From positions 1 through 42,404 of the IMG/VR virus record IMGVR_UViG_3300020045_006171: DNA of 42,404 nucleotides; one strand, 5' to 3'. Shown in pieces: positions 1 to 10,084 of the stretch. Under the pieces are notes generated by a model. It made no database searches. It saw only the letters and a program-made list of their open reading frames with translations, and was not told where the DNA came from. The stretch's first letter is position 1. Each line of letters opens with the position of its first letter. Source of the stretch: a virus. Lineage: Duplodnaviria > Caudoviricetes. The translations under genes were made by a program, and so were the position numbers.

Positions 1-1
1 G

Positions 2-568
2 GGTAAGGGCATCATGCAGTTTATCGCATCGATGACCGGCGTAAAGGCGCTCACCGCGAACGGCCGTCGCCTGACGATTGATGACCTGGCCTCGATGAAG
101 CAGAGTCTCGCCGTGGCGAACGAGCTGAGGGACACGAACACCCTTGGCTGCATCCTACATCCGTCGGCGCTCTGGGGCATGCTCCGGGAAAAGACCGAGA
201 TGTACACCTCTCAGCCCGGCCGCAACGGTCAGCCGAAACTCGGGAACCTGATGCTGGATAAATCCGTGATCGAAGCCGCTCTCAAGGCCAAGATCGAGGA
301 CACGACCCAGATCAGCGCGACGCAGACCAGCGGTACGTCGACAACCAGTTCGACCGCCATTCTCGGCGACTGGTCGAAGTTCGTCTATGCCTCTTTCCGC
401 GACCCGATTTTCAAGGTTTCGGACGTGGCGAGCGACTCCGATGGAAACTCGGCTTTCTTGAACGACGACCTCATGATGGTCATGTTCATGGAATACGACT
501 GCAACTGCCTGCGCCCGTCGGCTTTCACGGCGCGGACCGGGGTAGAGACAGCGGAAGCGAGCTGGTAA
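2..568 (+). CDS. Major capsid protein, C-terminal part (5' truncated by window edge)
   Basis: Frame is open from base 2. HK97-fold-like C-terminal motifs (ILHPS..W, AILGDWSKF, MEYDCNCLRPSAF). First gene of the structural operon. Confidence 0.8.
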   Translation, partial: GKGIMQFIASMTGVKALTANGRRLTIDDLASMKQSLAVANELRDTNTLGCILHPSALWGMLREKTEMYTSQPGRNGQPKLGNLMLDKSVIEAALKAKIEDTTQISATQTSGTSTTSSTAILGDWSKFVYASFRDPIFKVSDVASDSDGNSAFLNDDLMMVMFMEYDCNCLRPSAFTARTGVETAEASW

Positions 569-637
569 GCAGTAACGACCACAACCACACCGATACCGAG
601 GAACGATGAGAAAAACAACGAAAAAGAGAGGTATAGT

Positions 638-1102
638 ATGACAATCGGACTCGGAAGGACCGCGGACGGTGTTGCGATCACTCCCGCAATGAAGGCGGGG
701 CAGATCACGTCCGCAACGATCTACTACAATGGCCAGTCCATCACCACCGGTGCGGGCTGGGGTTTCGACGCGCAGCCGTATGAAGACTGCCTAGTGCAGA
801 TCAACGTCGGCACGATCCAGGGACCGCTCTGCACGCTCCTGAACTCGGTGCTTGAAAGCGACACCGACGATCCCACGCAGGCGACGCACCTCGCGTCGTT
901 CACGACCAAGTCGGGAGCGGCATCCGTCGCTCACCAGCAGGTCGGTTCGATCAAGACGAAGGATGCGAAGCGGTATCTGTTCCTGAAGACTGAAGCGCAG
1001 GGGACCACCATCACGGCGAACTTCTCGGCGAACTTCGTCGGCGGACAGCTTCGTGAACAGCCGCCTGCAGCCAATATGCAGACGCTCGTGTTCGACGTGT
1101 AA
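638..1102 (+). CDS. Putative head decoration / virion structural protein
   Basis: Directly after the capsid gene with a GAGAGG RBS; beta-rich and Thr/Ala-rich; ends with a KRYLFL-type motif; followed by a terminator. Confidence 0.55.
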   Translation: MTIGLGRTADGVAITPAMKAGQITSATIYYNGQSITTGAGWGFDAQPYEDCLVQINVGTIQGPLCTLLNSVLESDTDDPTQATHLASFTTKSGAASVAHQQVGSIKTKDAKRYLFLKTEAQGTTITANFSANFVGGQLREQPPAANMQTLVFDV

Positions 1103-1112
1103 CCGAAAGCAG

Positions 1113-1146
1113 CAAAGGGGCGGGGATAAAACCCCGCCTCATTTTG
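1113..1146 (+). terminator. Rho-independent terminator
   Basis: ggggcgggg-ataaaa-ccccgcctc hairpin followed by atttt. Confidence 0.65.
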
Positions 1147-1156
1147 AAAGGAAATC

Positions 1157-1999
1157 ATGCTCCAACTGACATCATACGAAAGAATGCTGCGGTATATCTG
1201 TTCTTCCGCGGGCGCGTCACTGACCGATACCAAGGCTCAGAAACAGATGATCGTCAACTGGATCATGGCGGCATCGAAGCAGATCGAGAAGTTTCTCGGG
1301 CGCGAACTGAAGATCGCGGCGTACACCGAATACTTCGACGTCTCCGAAAAGCAGGAGCGACACTTCGGGGTCAAAGCGTATCCGATCACCACCCTTACAG
1401 ACGTTTATATCGATGGGGACAGTGAATACACCGGTGGAGAAAGCGAAATCGACGACTGTTTTACCAGTTCGCACGACGACGCCGTCATATTGCCGTCCGA
1501 TCCTGTCCTGAAAGGCCCGAAGATCATCCGAGCGCGGTATACAGGCGGGCTCGCATACAACGGCGTAAAATCGGTTTTTGCCGTGTCCAGCGTCGCCGGG
1601 ACATGGTCCGTCGGTAAATTCGCATACGGCGGCACGTCCGAGGCGGTCGGGATTGTCAGGGCTGCATCTGCCACGGCGATGACTCTTGAGGTGCTGTACG
1701 GCATCTTTGAGGCTGCCGAAGTGATATGGCAGAGTGATACCGAAGCTGCGGTCGCCGCGTCCGGGAGCAACTACGCCACCATTTCTTCGATCACCCAGCA
1801 ATCCCTCTATGAGCAGTATCCAGACATCGTGCGCGCGTGCGAGATCCAGGTCCGGCACTATTGGAAGCACAAGGACGATTTCGAGCTGTCCAGCACCCAG
1901 AAGGACGGGACAAACCAGCGGAACAATTTCGACAACCGGTCGCCGCTCACCCCGGAGGCCCAGGCGCTCCTGCTCCCGTACCGCCGGAGGACCGTTTGA
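1157..1999 (+). CDS. Head-tail connector / adaptor protein
   Basis: AASKQIEKFLGREL, YPITTLTDV, RARYTGG, DIVRAC and terminal LLLPYRR motifs typical of gp6/gp15-like adaptors; GAAAGG RBS. Confidence 0.8.
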   Translation: MLQLTSYERMLRYICSSAGASLTDTKAQKQMIVNWIMAASKQIEKFLGRELKIAAYTEYFDVSEKQERHFGVKAYPITTLTDVYIDGDSEYTGGESEIDDCFTSSHDDAVILPSDPVLKGPKIIRARYTGGLAYNGVKSVFAVSSVAGTWSVGKFAYGGTSEAVGIVRAASATAMTLEVLYGIFEAAEVIWQSDTEAAVAASGSNYATISSITQQSLYEQYPDIVRACEIQVRHYWKHKDDFELSSTQKDGTNQRNNFDNRSPLTPEAQALLLPYRRRTV

Positions 2000-2628
2000 G
2001 CCTGACATCGAACATCGACGAAGTCCTTGCCGCGTGGAAAGAAAAGCCGCGTAAACTCGAGCGTGCTCTCGAGAAAGGCTTCGAGCGTGGGATCCGTGAG
2101 TTCGAAAGCAAGCGCGTTGTTCACGCTCAATTGACCGGACGCCGCGGGAATGATTACGGGTTGAACAGTCAGACCGGAAACGCCAGGTTTTCTACGAATA
2201 CGAAGGTTTACCGCGAAGGGCTGGAAAAGGTCGGGGTTATCACGTTCGGCTCGAGTGCATGGTATCTCAAGGTTCACCAGCACTTTAATTTTGACGGGTA
2301 CATCAGACCGAAAAACGGTATGTACCTGACAATTCCAGTCAACCCGGCCGCCCGCGGGAAGCGTGCGCGTGACATGGACCTCGTTTTTATTAAACTTGCC
2401 GGACGAACACCGATACTCGTGAAGCGGGATATATTTGGGGAGAGCGGAAAAGGGCCGAAGCGTATCCCGAAAAGCGCGATAATGTTTGTTTTAAAAGAAC
2501 AAGTTTTTATCCCAAAAAGGTTGTATCTTTATGAAGAGTTCTCGACCTATGGGAACTCGATGATCAAAAACCGAATTTTGCAGGAACTTCGTCTCGCGGT
2601 CGATGAGAGGGTCGGCTGGGAAACGTAA
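1996..2628 (+). CDS. Neck / tail completion protein (HK97 gp10-like)
   Basis: TTG start with GGAGG RBS overlapping the previous stop; TGNARFS, AWYLKVHQH and IRPKNGMYLTIP motifs; very basic. Confidence 0.6.
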   Translation: MSLTSNIDEVLAAWKEKPRKLERALEKGFERGIREFESKRVVHAQLTGRRGNDYGLNSQTGNARFSTNTKVYREGLEKVGVITFGSSAWYLKVHQHFNFDGYIRPKNGMYLTIPVNPAARGKRARDMDLVFIKLAGRTPILVKRDIFGESGKGPKRIPKSAIMFVLKEQVFIPKRLYLYEEFSTYGNSMIKNRILQELRLAVDERVGWET

Positions 2629-2652
2629 CACACAACACACCGAGGAGGTTTA

Positions 2653-3312
2653 ATGCCGAGTAAGAAAATTATTTCTTTCGCCTTATGGGGAACGAATCCC
2701 CTCTACGTTGACGGCGCGGTTTGGAATGCCGAACACCGCGCAGAGTTTTATCCCGACTGGATCTGCAGATTTTACCACGACGATACCGTTCCGAAACAGG
2801 CACTTGACCGAATCGCAGCGACCGGCGCAGAGATGCGCGTCATGGGGCAGACCACGGACGTACTCGGGATGTACTGGCGCTTTCACCCGATGTTTGACGA
2901 CCAGGATATCGAGCGGTTTATTGTGCGTGACACCGACTCGAAGTTCACCAAGCGCGAGGTCGCGATGGTCGACGAGTGGATTGCGAGCGGGAAACCGTTC
3001 CATATTATCCGCGATTGCGAATCCCACGCGACGCAAATTCTCGGCGGGACATGGGGCTCAATCCCCGGCGTCGTGTTTGACCTCGAACGGAAGATAGGAT
3101 TCTGGTTTACGCGACTCACTCCGGACACGCGCAACCCGCGGGGTCTTTTCCACGGCAGCGACCAGATATTCCTCGGGAAATTCGTCTGGCCGGTGATCCG
3201 ACTTAACCATATCGCCCACGTCCGAGCGAACATGCCGCACCTGAAGTACATGGGCAACGAAATCGAAGTTCCGAACCCGGAAGACGGCCATTACATAGGC
3301 ATGGTGGCGTAG
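2653..3312 (+). CDS. Glycosyltransferase-like protein (GT-A-like)
   Basis: KIISFALWG, YPDWICRFY, RDTDS (DxD), ILGGTWG and DQIFL motifs; GAGGAGG RBS. Confidence 0.6.
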   Translation: MPSKKIISFALWGTNPLYVDGAVWNAEHRAEFYPDWICRFYHDDTVPKQALDRIAATGAEMRVMGQTTDVLGMYWRFHPMFDDQDIERFIVRDTDSKFTKREVAMVDEWIASGKPFHIIRDCESHATQILGGTWGSIPGVVFDLERKIGFWFTRLTPDTRNPRGLFHGSDQIFLGKFVWPVIRLNHIAHVRANMPHLKYMGNEIEVPNPEDGHYIGMVA

Positions 3313-3342
3313 GGAGAACTTTAACCGAGAAAGTGTTATAAA

Positions 3343-4074
3343 ATGAACTACGAAAATATCGCCATGATGATTCCGTCATACCGACGGCCGGACCGCCTGA
3401 AAAAGGTAATCGACAGCGCAATTGAAACGGCCGAAAAACCGGAGCGATTGCTATTCGTTATTTGCGTCAATGTCAATGACGCGGAGACGCGGAACTATCT
3501 TTTAGAGCGGAAGGATATAAAATATCAGATCGTTGATGAAACAACGCTCCAGCCGAATCTCGCGCTCTACTTTAACAATATGTACGAAGAACTCCCCGAC
3601 TACATCGACGTAGCTTCGGAACTCGGTGACGACATGGTGTTCGTCTCTAAAGGGTGGGATTCCAGGATCACCGAAGAGCTGAAGGCGTCGGAAGGTCTCG
3701 GCATTGTTTACTTCGACGACGACTACGTGGCTCACGACAAGTGCTGCGTGAACCTGTTCGCGTCACGGAAGTTGATCGATGCGACCAGGAAGCCGTTTAT
3801 GTGCACTTTCTTTCACGCCGACATGATCGACATGGTCTGGACGATGGTGGGTGCAATGACCGGGCTCCTGCGGTATCAGGCCGACATGATCATCCGGCAT
3901 GAGCACAACTCAAAGAAGGGTCAAGACGAATGGGACGAGACGTTTAAACGTCTTGTCCCGGTCCAGCGCGTGGCGAACTCGAAGGCGAACTATCGGCTCG
4001 CGATTGCGTATTCGACGCTCGTGGCGAAGAACCTCATTGACGGGGGAATAGGCGTATGGAACACCCTCAACTGA
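3343..4074 (+). CDS. GT2-like glycosyltransferase
   Basis: IPSYRRPDRL N-terminus, GDDMVF..GWD motif, C-terminal HEH. Confidence 0.7.
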   Translation: MNYENIAMMIPSYRRPDRLKKVIDSAIETAEKPERLLFVICVNVNDAETRNYLLERKDIKYQIVDETTLQPNLALYFNNMYEELPDYIDVASELGDDMVFVSKGWDSRITEELKASEGLGIVYFDDDYVAHDKCCVNLFASRKLIDATRKPFMCTFFHADMIDMVWTMVGAMTGLLRYQADMIIRHEHNSKKGQDEWDETFKRLVPVQRVANSKANYRLAIAYSTLVAKNLIDGGIGVWNTLN

Positions 4075-4604
4075 GTATTCTGATATGCCATCTGATTTCG
4101 CGCGCGGAGCAGCTTGCGGCGCTTCGTGCAAAACTTGACTCGCAGAACGACGGCCGTGTCGAAATCCTTGTCGCCGGGGACAATGGCGAGATCACCGTCG
4201 GAGCAAAGCGGAATGATCTTCTATTCCGTGCGGCCGGGGATTATGTAGCCTTCGTTGACGACGACGACGATGTTTCCGACGACTACATTCCAGCGATCCT
4301 GAAGGCCGTCGAGACGAAGCCGGATTGTGCCGGGATTGAAGGCATTCTCAAGAGCAATCTCGGCAACGCGATCTTCCGGCACTCGATCCAGTTCCAGGGC
4401 TGGTACACCGGGGAGGATGGTTTTTACCGGACTCCGAACCACCTCAACCCTGTGAGGCGCGCAATCGCTCAAAGCATCGGGTTCCCGGCGCAATCATTCG
4501 GGGAAGACCAGCTCTACTCCGATGCTCTGCGGCGAAGGCTGCGGACCGAAGTATACATCGATCATCCCATCTATTTTTACAACAAGGAGTATCCGACAAA
4601 ATGA
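4056..4604 (+). CDS. GT2 glycosyltransferase
   Basis: LSILIC, GAKRNDLL..AAGDYVAFVDDDD, GED and IYFY motifs. Confidence 0.85.
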   Translation: MEHPQLSILICHLISRAEQLAALRAKLDSQNDGRVEILVAGDNGEITVGAKRNDLLFRAAGDYVAFVDDDDDVSDDYIPAILKAVETKPDCAGIEGILKSNLGNAIFRHSIQFQGWYTGEDGFYRTPNHLNPVRRAIAQSIGFPAQSFGEDQLYSDALRRRLRTEVYIDHPIYFYNKEYPTK

Positions 4605-5671
4605 ACTTCTTATCCATAGATCAACATATTTCAGTCATTGCCGATATCCGCCACATCTTTAACCGGCTCGGCCACACCGTGCGCGAGGTGTCGTTATCCG
4701 GACACGCAACGGTAATCGGTCGCCCGCAGGGGCGCGTTCCCATGCTCGACGGCGACGGGTGGTGCTCAGTAATTAACGGCCGAAAGTTCGAAGAGTTCTA
4801 TCTTGAGAACAAGGAAGACCTCGACAAGTACGATGGGTTTATCTGCTGTTACCCTCCGATATTCTCCATGCTTTACAAGTACACAAACAAGCCGATCATT
4901 ATGCAGATCCCGATCCGGTACGAGTGTGGGGCCGACAATAACCCTGAGTTGTGGCAGGAGTTTAATGCGTATCTTCGGGAAGGCGTCGATGCTGGGAAAA
5001 TAATCCTTTGCGCAAACAGCCGATATGATCAGCATTATGCTGCCGGATTCCTCGAAAGGCCGGTTCAGTACATCCCGTCGCTCTGTGAATACACCGGCAT
5101 GACATACAACCCGACATACGGACAGTTCCTGTATTTCTCCTCGTTCAATGTCAACGATCCGAGCGGGCGCATGATTAAAAAGCATTCGGCGCTCCAGGCC
5201 GGGCACGCATGGCAGACGGTCGCGGATTACAAGGGGTGCATCCATTACCCATATCAGGTTTCAACCATGTCAACTTTCGAGCAGTACATGGCCGGGATAC
5301 CGCTTTTCTTCCCGACGAAGCGTTACCTGCTTGAGATGCTCATCGCCGGGGTTCCGGTGCTCCATCAAATAAGCTGGCAGCAGTGCATACAGAACGGCCA
5401 GACGAAAAGCCTGATTCCGCATCCGTTCGAATACGACCCGAACAATTTTGCCGATTACAATTGCGTAAAGCATTGGCTCGACTTCGCCGATTTCTACGGC
5501 GAGGACATGAAGGAAATTCGGCACTTCGATTCTGTGGAAGAACGGGACAAAATACTTTCTATGAGCACCAAAGAACTGATCGATATCAGCGGCCGCATGC
5601 ATATACACAACGAAGACCGGATAGATTCGGTCTATACAAAATGGATTCGCATCCTCGACAGGATAATATGA
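4601..5671 (+). CDS. Putative glycosyltransferase-like protein (GT-B-like)
   Basis: ATGA-coupled within the GT cluster; HYPYQVSTMSTFEQYMAGIPLFFP resembles the GT-B donor-binding E..A.G.P motif. Confidence 0.5.
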   Translation: MNFLSIDQHISVIADIRHIFNRLGHTVREVSLSGHATVIGRPQGRVPMLDGDGWCSVINGRKFEEFYLENKEDLDKYDGFICCYPPIFSMLYKYTNKPIIMQIPIRYECGADNNPELWQEFNAYLREGVDAGKIILCANSRYDQHYAAGFLERPVQYIPSLCEYTGMTYNPTYGQFLYFSSFNVNDPSGRMIKKHSALQAGHAWQTVADYKGCIHYPYQVSTMSTFEQYMAGIPLFFPTKRYLLEMLIAGVPVLHQISWQQCIQNGQTKSLIPHPFEYDPNNFADYNCVKHWLDFADFYGEDMKEIRHFDSVEERDKILSMSTKELIDISGRMHIHNEDRIDSVYTKWIRILDRII

Positions 5672-6546
5672 AACTCAACCTTCTTATCGACGTGAACGAA
5701 TCCCTGCGGAAGGGTCCAGGGCGAAGGGCTCTTAACCTGCAGCGCGGGCTTGAGCGGATCGGCATACCGTTTGAAATATGCTCCGAAGATTACGAATGGG
5801 CGGTGGGGATCCAATGCGGGAAGGTATTCAACAGGGTCGACAAAATGCCACCGTACACGCTCATCGGTCCGAACGTGATGCACTGTGCCGACGACCACAC
5901 AATCATTGCGGCGAAGTTTATAAACTATCTGGTTCAGTCAGAATGGGTCGCCGATTATTGGCGCTGGCATGCAAAGGAGCATGGCAATGGCAATGCTGCC
6001 GAGTTCAATTTCTATGTTTACCCGGCTTCGGTTGATCTTGAAGACGGGTATGCAGAAGTAGCTCGGACTCGCAAGCCGGAGAAGAAGCGGTGCATGTTTT
6101 ATACGAAATACCAAAGCTCTGAAAACCTAAACGCCGGAGAATCTATCTGTCGCTCGCGCGGGCATGCGATGACTCGCATTGTGTACGGGGAATATTCTCA
6201 CGAAGATTTATTGAAGGCGTGCGCGGAATCCGAATACGCTATTTACAATTCATGCTGTGAAAAGTCTAGCAATGCCATGATGGAAATACTGGCATGTGGA
6301 ATACCTGTTTATGTGATTGATTCAAAACGGTGGATCGGAGACGACAGGTTCGACCGCTGCACGTCGGCCCCGCACTTTTCCGACGCGTGCGGAATGAAGG
6401 GAAATTTTGAGGGGCAGGACTTCGATATGTTTTACCGCGGCGTCCAGCAGGGGCAGTACGATCCGCACAAGTTCGTCGCTGAGAATTACACTGTCGAAAA
6501 AGTCGCGGCCGATCTTGTAGAGGTGGTAAAAAAATGTCACGGATAG
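5668..6546 (+). CDS. GT-B (GT4-like) glycosyltransferase
   Basis: Start at MKLNLL with ATGA overlap; EKSSNAMMEILACGIPVYV (EX7E motif). Confidence 0.7.
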   Translation: MKLNLLIDVNESLRKGPGRRALNLQRGLERIGIPFEICSEDYEWAVGIQCGKVFNRVDKMPPYTLIGPNVMHCADDHTIIAAKFINYLVQSEWVADYWRWHAKEHGNGNAAEFNFYVYPASVDLEDGYAEVARTRKPEKKRCMFYTKYQSSENLNAGESICRSRGHAMTRIVYGEYSHEDLLKACAESEYAIYNSCCEKSSNAMMEILACGIPVYVIDSKRWIGDDRFDRCTSAPHFSDACGMKGNFEGQDFDMFYRGVQQGQYDPHKFVAENYTVEKVAADLVEVVKKCHG

Positions 6547-7553
6547 AAAACGAATTGGTATCGGCCCCGGAGGGAGTCGCCCGTGTACTCGGCGCGGGTG
6601 GTTGCGTCGGTGTGGCGCCATTGCCTGAAGGGGTTGATACCTTTAAAAAACTGCGAGTGCTCGTGAATGCGTATGGGGATATGACCTCGGCGTCCGCCCG
6701 CATACGAACATGGAATCGACTCGCTTCGATCAGTGACAAGGTCGATGTTGATATTTATTCCGGCAACGCTGGAGAGGTGGAGAATGCCGACGTAGTATAT
6801 CTCCAGAAGCGCGCGAATCCAGTTACGTTCGATCTGGTCAATACCGCGCACGCAGCCGGAAAAAAAGTCGTATTCGATATCGACGATCACATCGGGTGTT
6901 CTGCCTCGGAACACCTGAATAAGGAAATGCTATGCAAGGCCGACGCGATCGTGGTCGATACCAGGTTCAAGCGGGATGAGTTTTCGCAGTACACTTCGCG
7001 GCCGATCGAGATCATTCCGGACGGGATCGATTACTTCACGGAATGGTTTGATGTGAAGGTAGAAAACAAGGTTGAAAGCGTTTGCACGTTCGGCTGGGAC
7101 CATAACGTCAAGGCGGCAATTCCGGCGATGCTCGAACTGTCAAAGAAGTACAAAACTGCGTGCATCAGCAATAAGCCGATTCCCGAATGCGAGTTTATTC
7201 CGTGGGAACTTCCGTCGTTTATCGACAACCTGAAACGGTTTGACTGCGCGTACCTGGCCCACGGAGATCATCCGAACGATCGGCTTCGCTGCTGCAATCG
7301 TCTTTTGACTGCGCTGTTCTGCGGGCTCGTGACAGTGGTTCGCGATACGCCGGAGTACCGTGAAACGCTGGCCGAGCTTGACGCGACGAGCCTCATTTCC
7401 AGCGGCCCGCATTCGGTTGCGTACCAAGTGAGCCGACTCGCCGAGGTACGGGTTCCTATGCTCGCCACAATTCGACCGATGATCTGGGAACGGTATCGGC
7501 CGGAAGTGGGTGGGGAAAAGCTGTTCAAAATACTGGAGGCGCACCGTGCATGA
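6534..7553 (+). CDS. GT-B glycosyltransferase-like protein
   Basis: ASARIR, ADVVYLQK, KVVFDIDD, IIPDGID and NRL...LFCGLVTV motifs. Confidence 0.7.
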   Translation: MSRIENELVSAPEGVARVLGAGGCVGVAPLPEGVDTFKKLRVLVNAYGDMTSASARIRTWNRLASISDKVDVDIYSGNAGEVENADVVYLQKRANPVTFDLVNTAHAAGKKVVFDIDDHIGCSASEHLNKEMLCKADAIVVDTRFKRDEFSQYTSRPIEIIPDGIDYFTEWFDVKVENKVESVCTFGWDHNVKAAIPAMLELSKKYKTACISNKPIPECEFIPWELPSFIDNLKRFDCAYLAHGDHPNDRLRCCNRLLTALFCGLVTVVRDTPEYRETLAELDATSLISSGPHSVAYQVSRLAEVRVPMLATIRPMIWERYRPEVGGEKLFKILEAHRA

Positions 7554-8049
7554 ATCCAGTATAAAAAATATCGTACTGTGGTACGCCGTCCACTTCGAGG
7601 AACTTTCTCTCAATAAATCACGGCTCGTTGAAATAGGTTCATATGACATCAATGGGTCAATAAAGAGCATTCTTCCGGAAGAAATTCTCGGCGTGGATAT
7701 CTGTGAAGGCCCATGCGTTGATCTGGTTATCGCTCCAGGAGATTGCCCGCGCAGTCTTGAAGGTGCGTTCGGTGCGGCGATATCCGCCAATGCCTTTCAC
7801 CTTTGCGGCGACCCCGGCAAATATAAGCAGGAGGTGGTAAAGTTCCTGAAATCCGGGGGATTGTTCGTTTTGACGATGTGCCGCCCGGATTGCAGCCAGA
7901 GCCATAACACATCTCCAAATAAATACGGGTACCGCGATGGTATTCGGATGCAGCCGGAAGAACTGCGCGCTTTCTGGGAACCGCAATTTGAATGCGAAAA
8001 GGTTTTTATCCAAGGGCATGATCTGGTATATTGGGGAAGAAAAAAATGA
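7546..8049 (+). CDS. Class I SAM-dependent methyltransferase
   Basis: GTG start with GGAGG RBS; VEIGSYDINGS, LGVDI..GP.VD and LKSGGLFVLT motifs. Confidence 0.8.
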   Translation: MHESSIKNIVLWYAVHFEELSLNKSRLVEIGSYDINGSIKSILPEEILGVDICEGPCVDLVIAPGDCPRSLEGAFGAAISANAFHLCGDPGKYKQEVVKFLKSGGLFVLTMCRPDCSQSHNTSPNKYGYRDGIRMQPEELRAFWEPQFECEKVFIQGHDLVYWGRKK

Positions 8050-9161
8050 TCAACATCTTTTCAAACAGCCTTGGTGCCGTGGAGCTTGACGCCGTTCGCC
8101 AGGTATTTGACAGCAAATGGCTCGGGCGCGGGAAAGAGTGTGATGGCTTCGAGAAGGAACTTGCCGGTCACTTCGGGGTAGAAAAAATACACCTGTTCAA
8201 CTGCTGCACGTCGGCCCTGTATGCCGCAGTAAGAGCGCTCAAGATAGGACATAACCACGAGGTGATCATCCCAACAATCAGCTTTCCTGCGTGCGTATCT
8301 GCCGTCCTGGAGGCCGGTGGGGTGCCTGTATTCGCCGACGTTGACCCGGTGACGCTGAACGTGCTCCCGAGCGAGATAAAGCGCCTGAAAAACTACCGAA
8401 CGAAGGCAGTGTTCGTTCTGCACTACGGCGGGCATCCAGCCGATATTGACGCCATTAAAAGCGCCTGTGATGGGATACCGATAATCGAGGATAGTGCCTG
8501 CTCGGTTGCATCGACCTATCACGGGCGCGCGTGCGGGACACTGGGGGATTTTGGGGCGTGGTCATTCGACGCAATGAAAACGCTCGTGACCGGGGACGGC
8601 GGGGCGCTATATTGCAAACCGGAGTATGAAGGCGATGTCAAGAAAATTCGATACTTGGGGCTCGATGAAAGCGGGTCGACAGGTATGGATCGGGCAAGCG
8701 CCGGGGAGTCCCGATGGTGGGAATTTAAACTCGCGCGCGCTTCAGGGCGGTTCATCATGAACGACATCGCCGCGGCAATCGGTCGGGTACAGCTCAAAAA
8801 AGTGAACTGGTTCATCGAGGTCAGAAAGGCTGTATGGAAGGCGTATCAAACCGGACTCGCCGGGGTTGATGAAATAACACTTCCGCCGGAACCGCTTCCG
8901 AATACGAAGTCGTCGTATTACCTCTTCTGGATCAAGGCAAAGCGCCGGGATGAACTGGCGGTATTTTTGAAGGAGCGCGGGATTTATACCACGTTCAGGT
9001 ATTACCCGCTGCACATGGCATGCAATACCGGTGTCGGGCTGCCGAACGCAGAAGAAATAAGCGACACCATGCTGAACCTTCCGCTGCACCAGAACCTTTC
9101 GACGAACGACATCGGATTGATAATTTCTTCGATAAAGGAGTTTTATTGTGGGCATGCGTGA
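8046..9161 (+). CDS. DegT/DnrJ/EryC1/StrS family PLP-dependent sugar aminotransferase
   Basis: NCCTSAL, PVFADVD, VLHYGG, IIEDSAC, SFDAMKTLVTGDGGA (PLP lysine) and LNLPLH motifs. Confidence 0.93.
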   Translation: MINIFSNSLGAVELDAVRQVFDSKWLGRGKECDGFEKELAGHFGVEKIHLFNCCTSALYAAVRALKIGHNHEVIIPTISFPACVSAVLEAGGVPVFADVDPVTLNVLPSEIKRLKNYRTKAVFVLHYGGHPADIDAIKSACDGIPIIEDSACSVASTYHGRACGTLGDFGAWSFDAMKTLVTGDGGALYCKPEYEGDVKKIRYLGLDESGSTGMDRASAGESRWWEFKLARASGRFIMNDIAAAIGRVQLKKVNWFIEVRKAVWKAYQTGLAGVDEITLPPEPLPNTKSSYYLFWIKAKRRDELAVFLKERGIYTTFRYYPLHMACNTGVGLPNAEEISDTMLNLPLHQNLSTNDIGLIISSIKEFYCGHA

Positions 9162-9426
9162 TGCAAATAATCGATTGACAATATGCGAAGTGCTCCGGCA
9201 CATCAATGACCGCGTGCAGGGGGAAGAGCACTCAGACGTGCGGGACATGCTGGCGCTGGCCGAGCAGATGGCGAAACGCATGTCGAAAAAACTGCTTGAA
9301 TATAATCACGAACTCGACGACTCGTGGTGGAAGGAAAACGCAGACTTTGACAGAACGATGATCCGCATGATGAAAACCCATCTTGTCGGAGACGCGGATC
9401 GCGCACGCGCAATGCTGGAGAAATAA
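9148..9426 (+). CDS. Hypothetical protein in glycan cluster
   Basis: Overlap-coupled between neighbours; AAGGAG upstream; no recognisable motif. Confidence 0.55.
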   Translation: MGMRDANNRLTICEVLRHINDRVQGEEHSDVRDMLALAEQMAKRMSKKLLEYNHELDDSWWKENADFDRTMIRMMKTHLVGDADRARAMLEK

Positions 9427-9427
9427 A

Positions 9428-10084
9428 ATGGAACAGATTGATTTTTTAGTGGTCGTACTTGCTGTCGGTTATGACGAAACACCGGAGCGTGCGGAATACA
9501 AAGACGTCGCTCTTCGGTCGATTAAAAAATATTATGACCACTTCGGAATCCCGATGGTTGCAATGACCGAGAACCACCCTGATGCCATGAAAACATCACC
9601 GTCAATGGCGCGGCTCCTCGTCCACGAATTGTACGATGCGAAGTTCATTCTCGTACAGGGTCTCGACATGATCCCGTGCAATTTCAAATACGATATCCGC
9701 GACTTCCTGGAATTAAAATATGTGAATATGGCAATCGACAGCACGCGCGTCGGGGAATGGCCGAAAGAGCTGCGGTTCAAGCACTTCAAATACAATGCCG
9801 ACATGATCGGGTATCCGAAGGAACTGGCGCCGTTCATGCGGTCGGTATTTGAAGCCAGCCTGAGCGATGAAAAAGGGTATTCAAATTATGAGCAGTATTA
9901 TTTGAACGACATGCTCTGGGAAGCAGGAATTTACGTTCACGATCTGCCGCTTATTTTTAACCGGTTTTTCCACGACAATTTCGACTACGCCAGAAACGCG
10001 TTCTGCCACTATACAAATTATATGGCGAACCGCGACAAGTGGAAATTCATCAAAGCATATCACCCGAGGGAGATGCTTCAATGA
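9428..10084 (+). CDS. Putative nucleotide-sugar transferase-like protein
   Basis: GGAG RBS; GLDMIP, YNADMI, YEQYYLN and FCHY resemble a GT-A pattern. Confidence 0.5.
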   Translation: MEQIDFLVVVLAVGYDETPERAEYKDVALRSIKKYYDHFGIPMVAMTENHPDAMKTSPSMARLLVHELYDAKFILVQGLDMIPCNFKYDIRDFLELKYVNMAIDSTRVGEWPKELRFKHFKYNADMIGYPKELAPFMRSVFEASLSDEKGYSNYEQYYLNDMLWEAGIYVHDLPLIFNRFFHDNFDYARNAFCHYTNYMANRDKWKFIKAYHPREMLQ

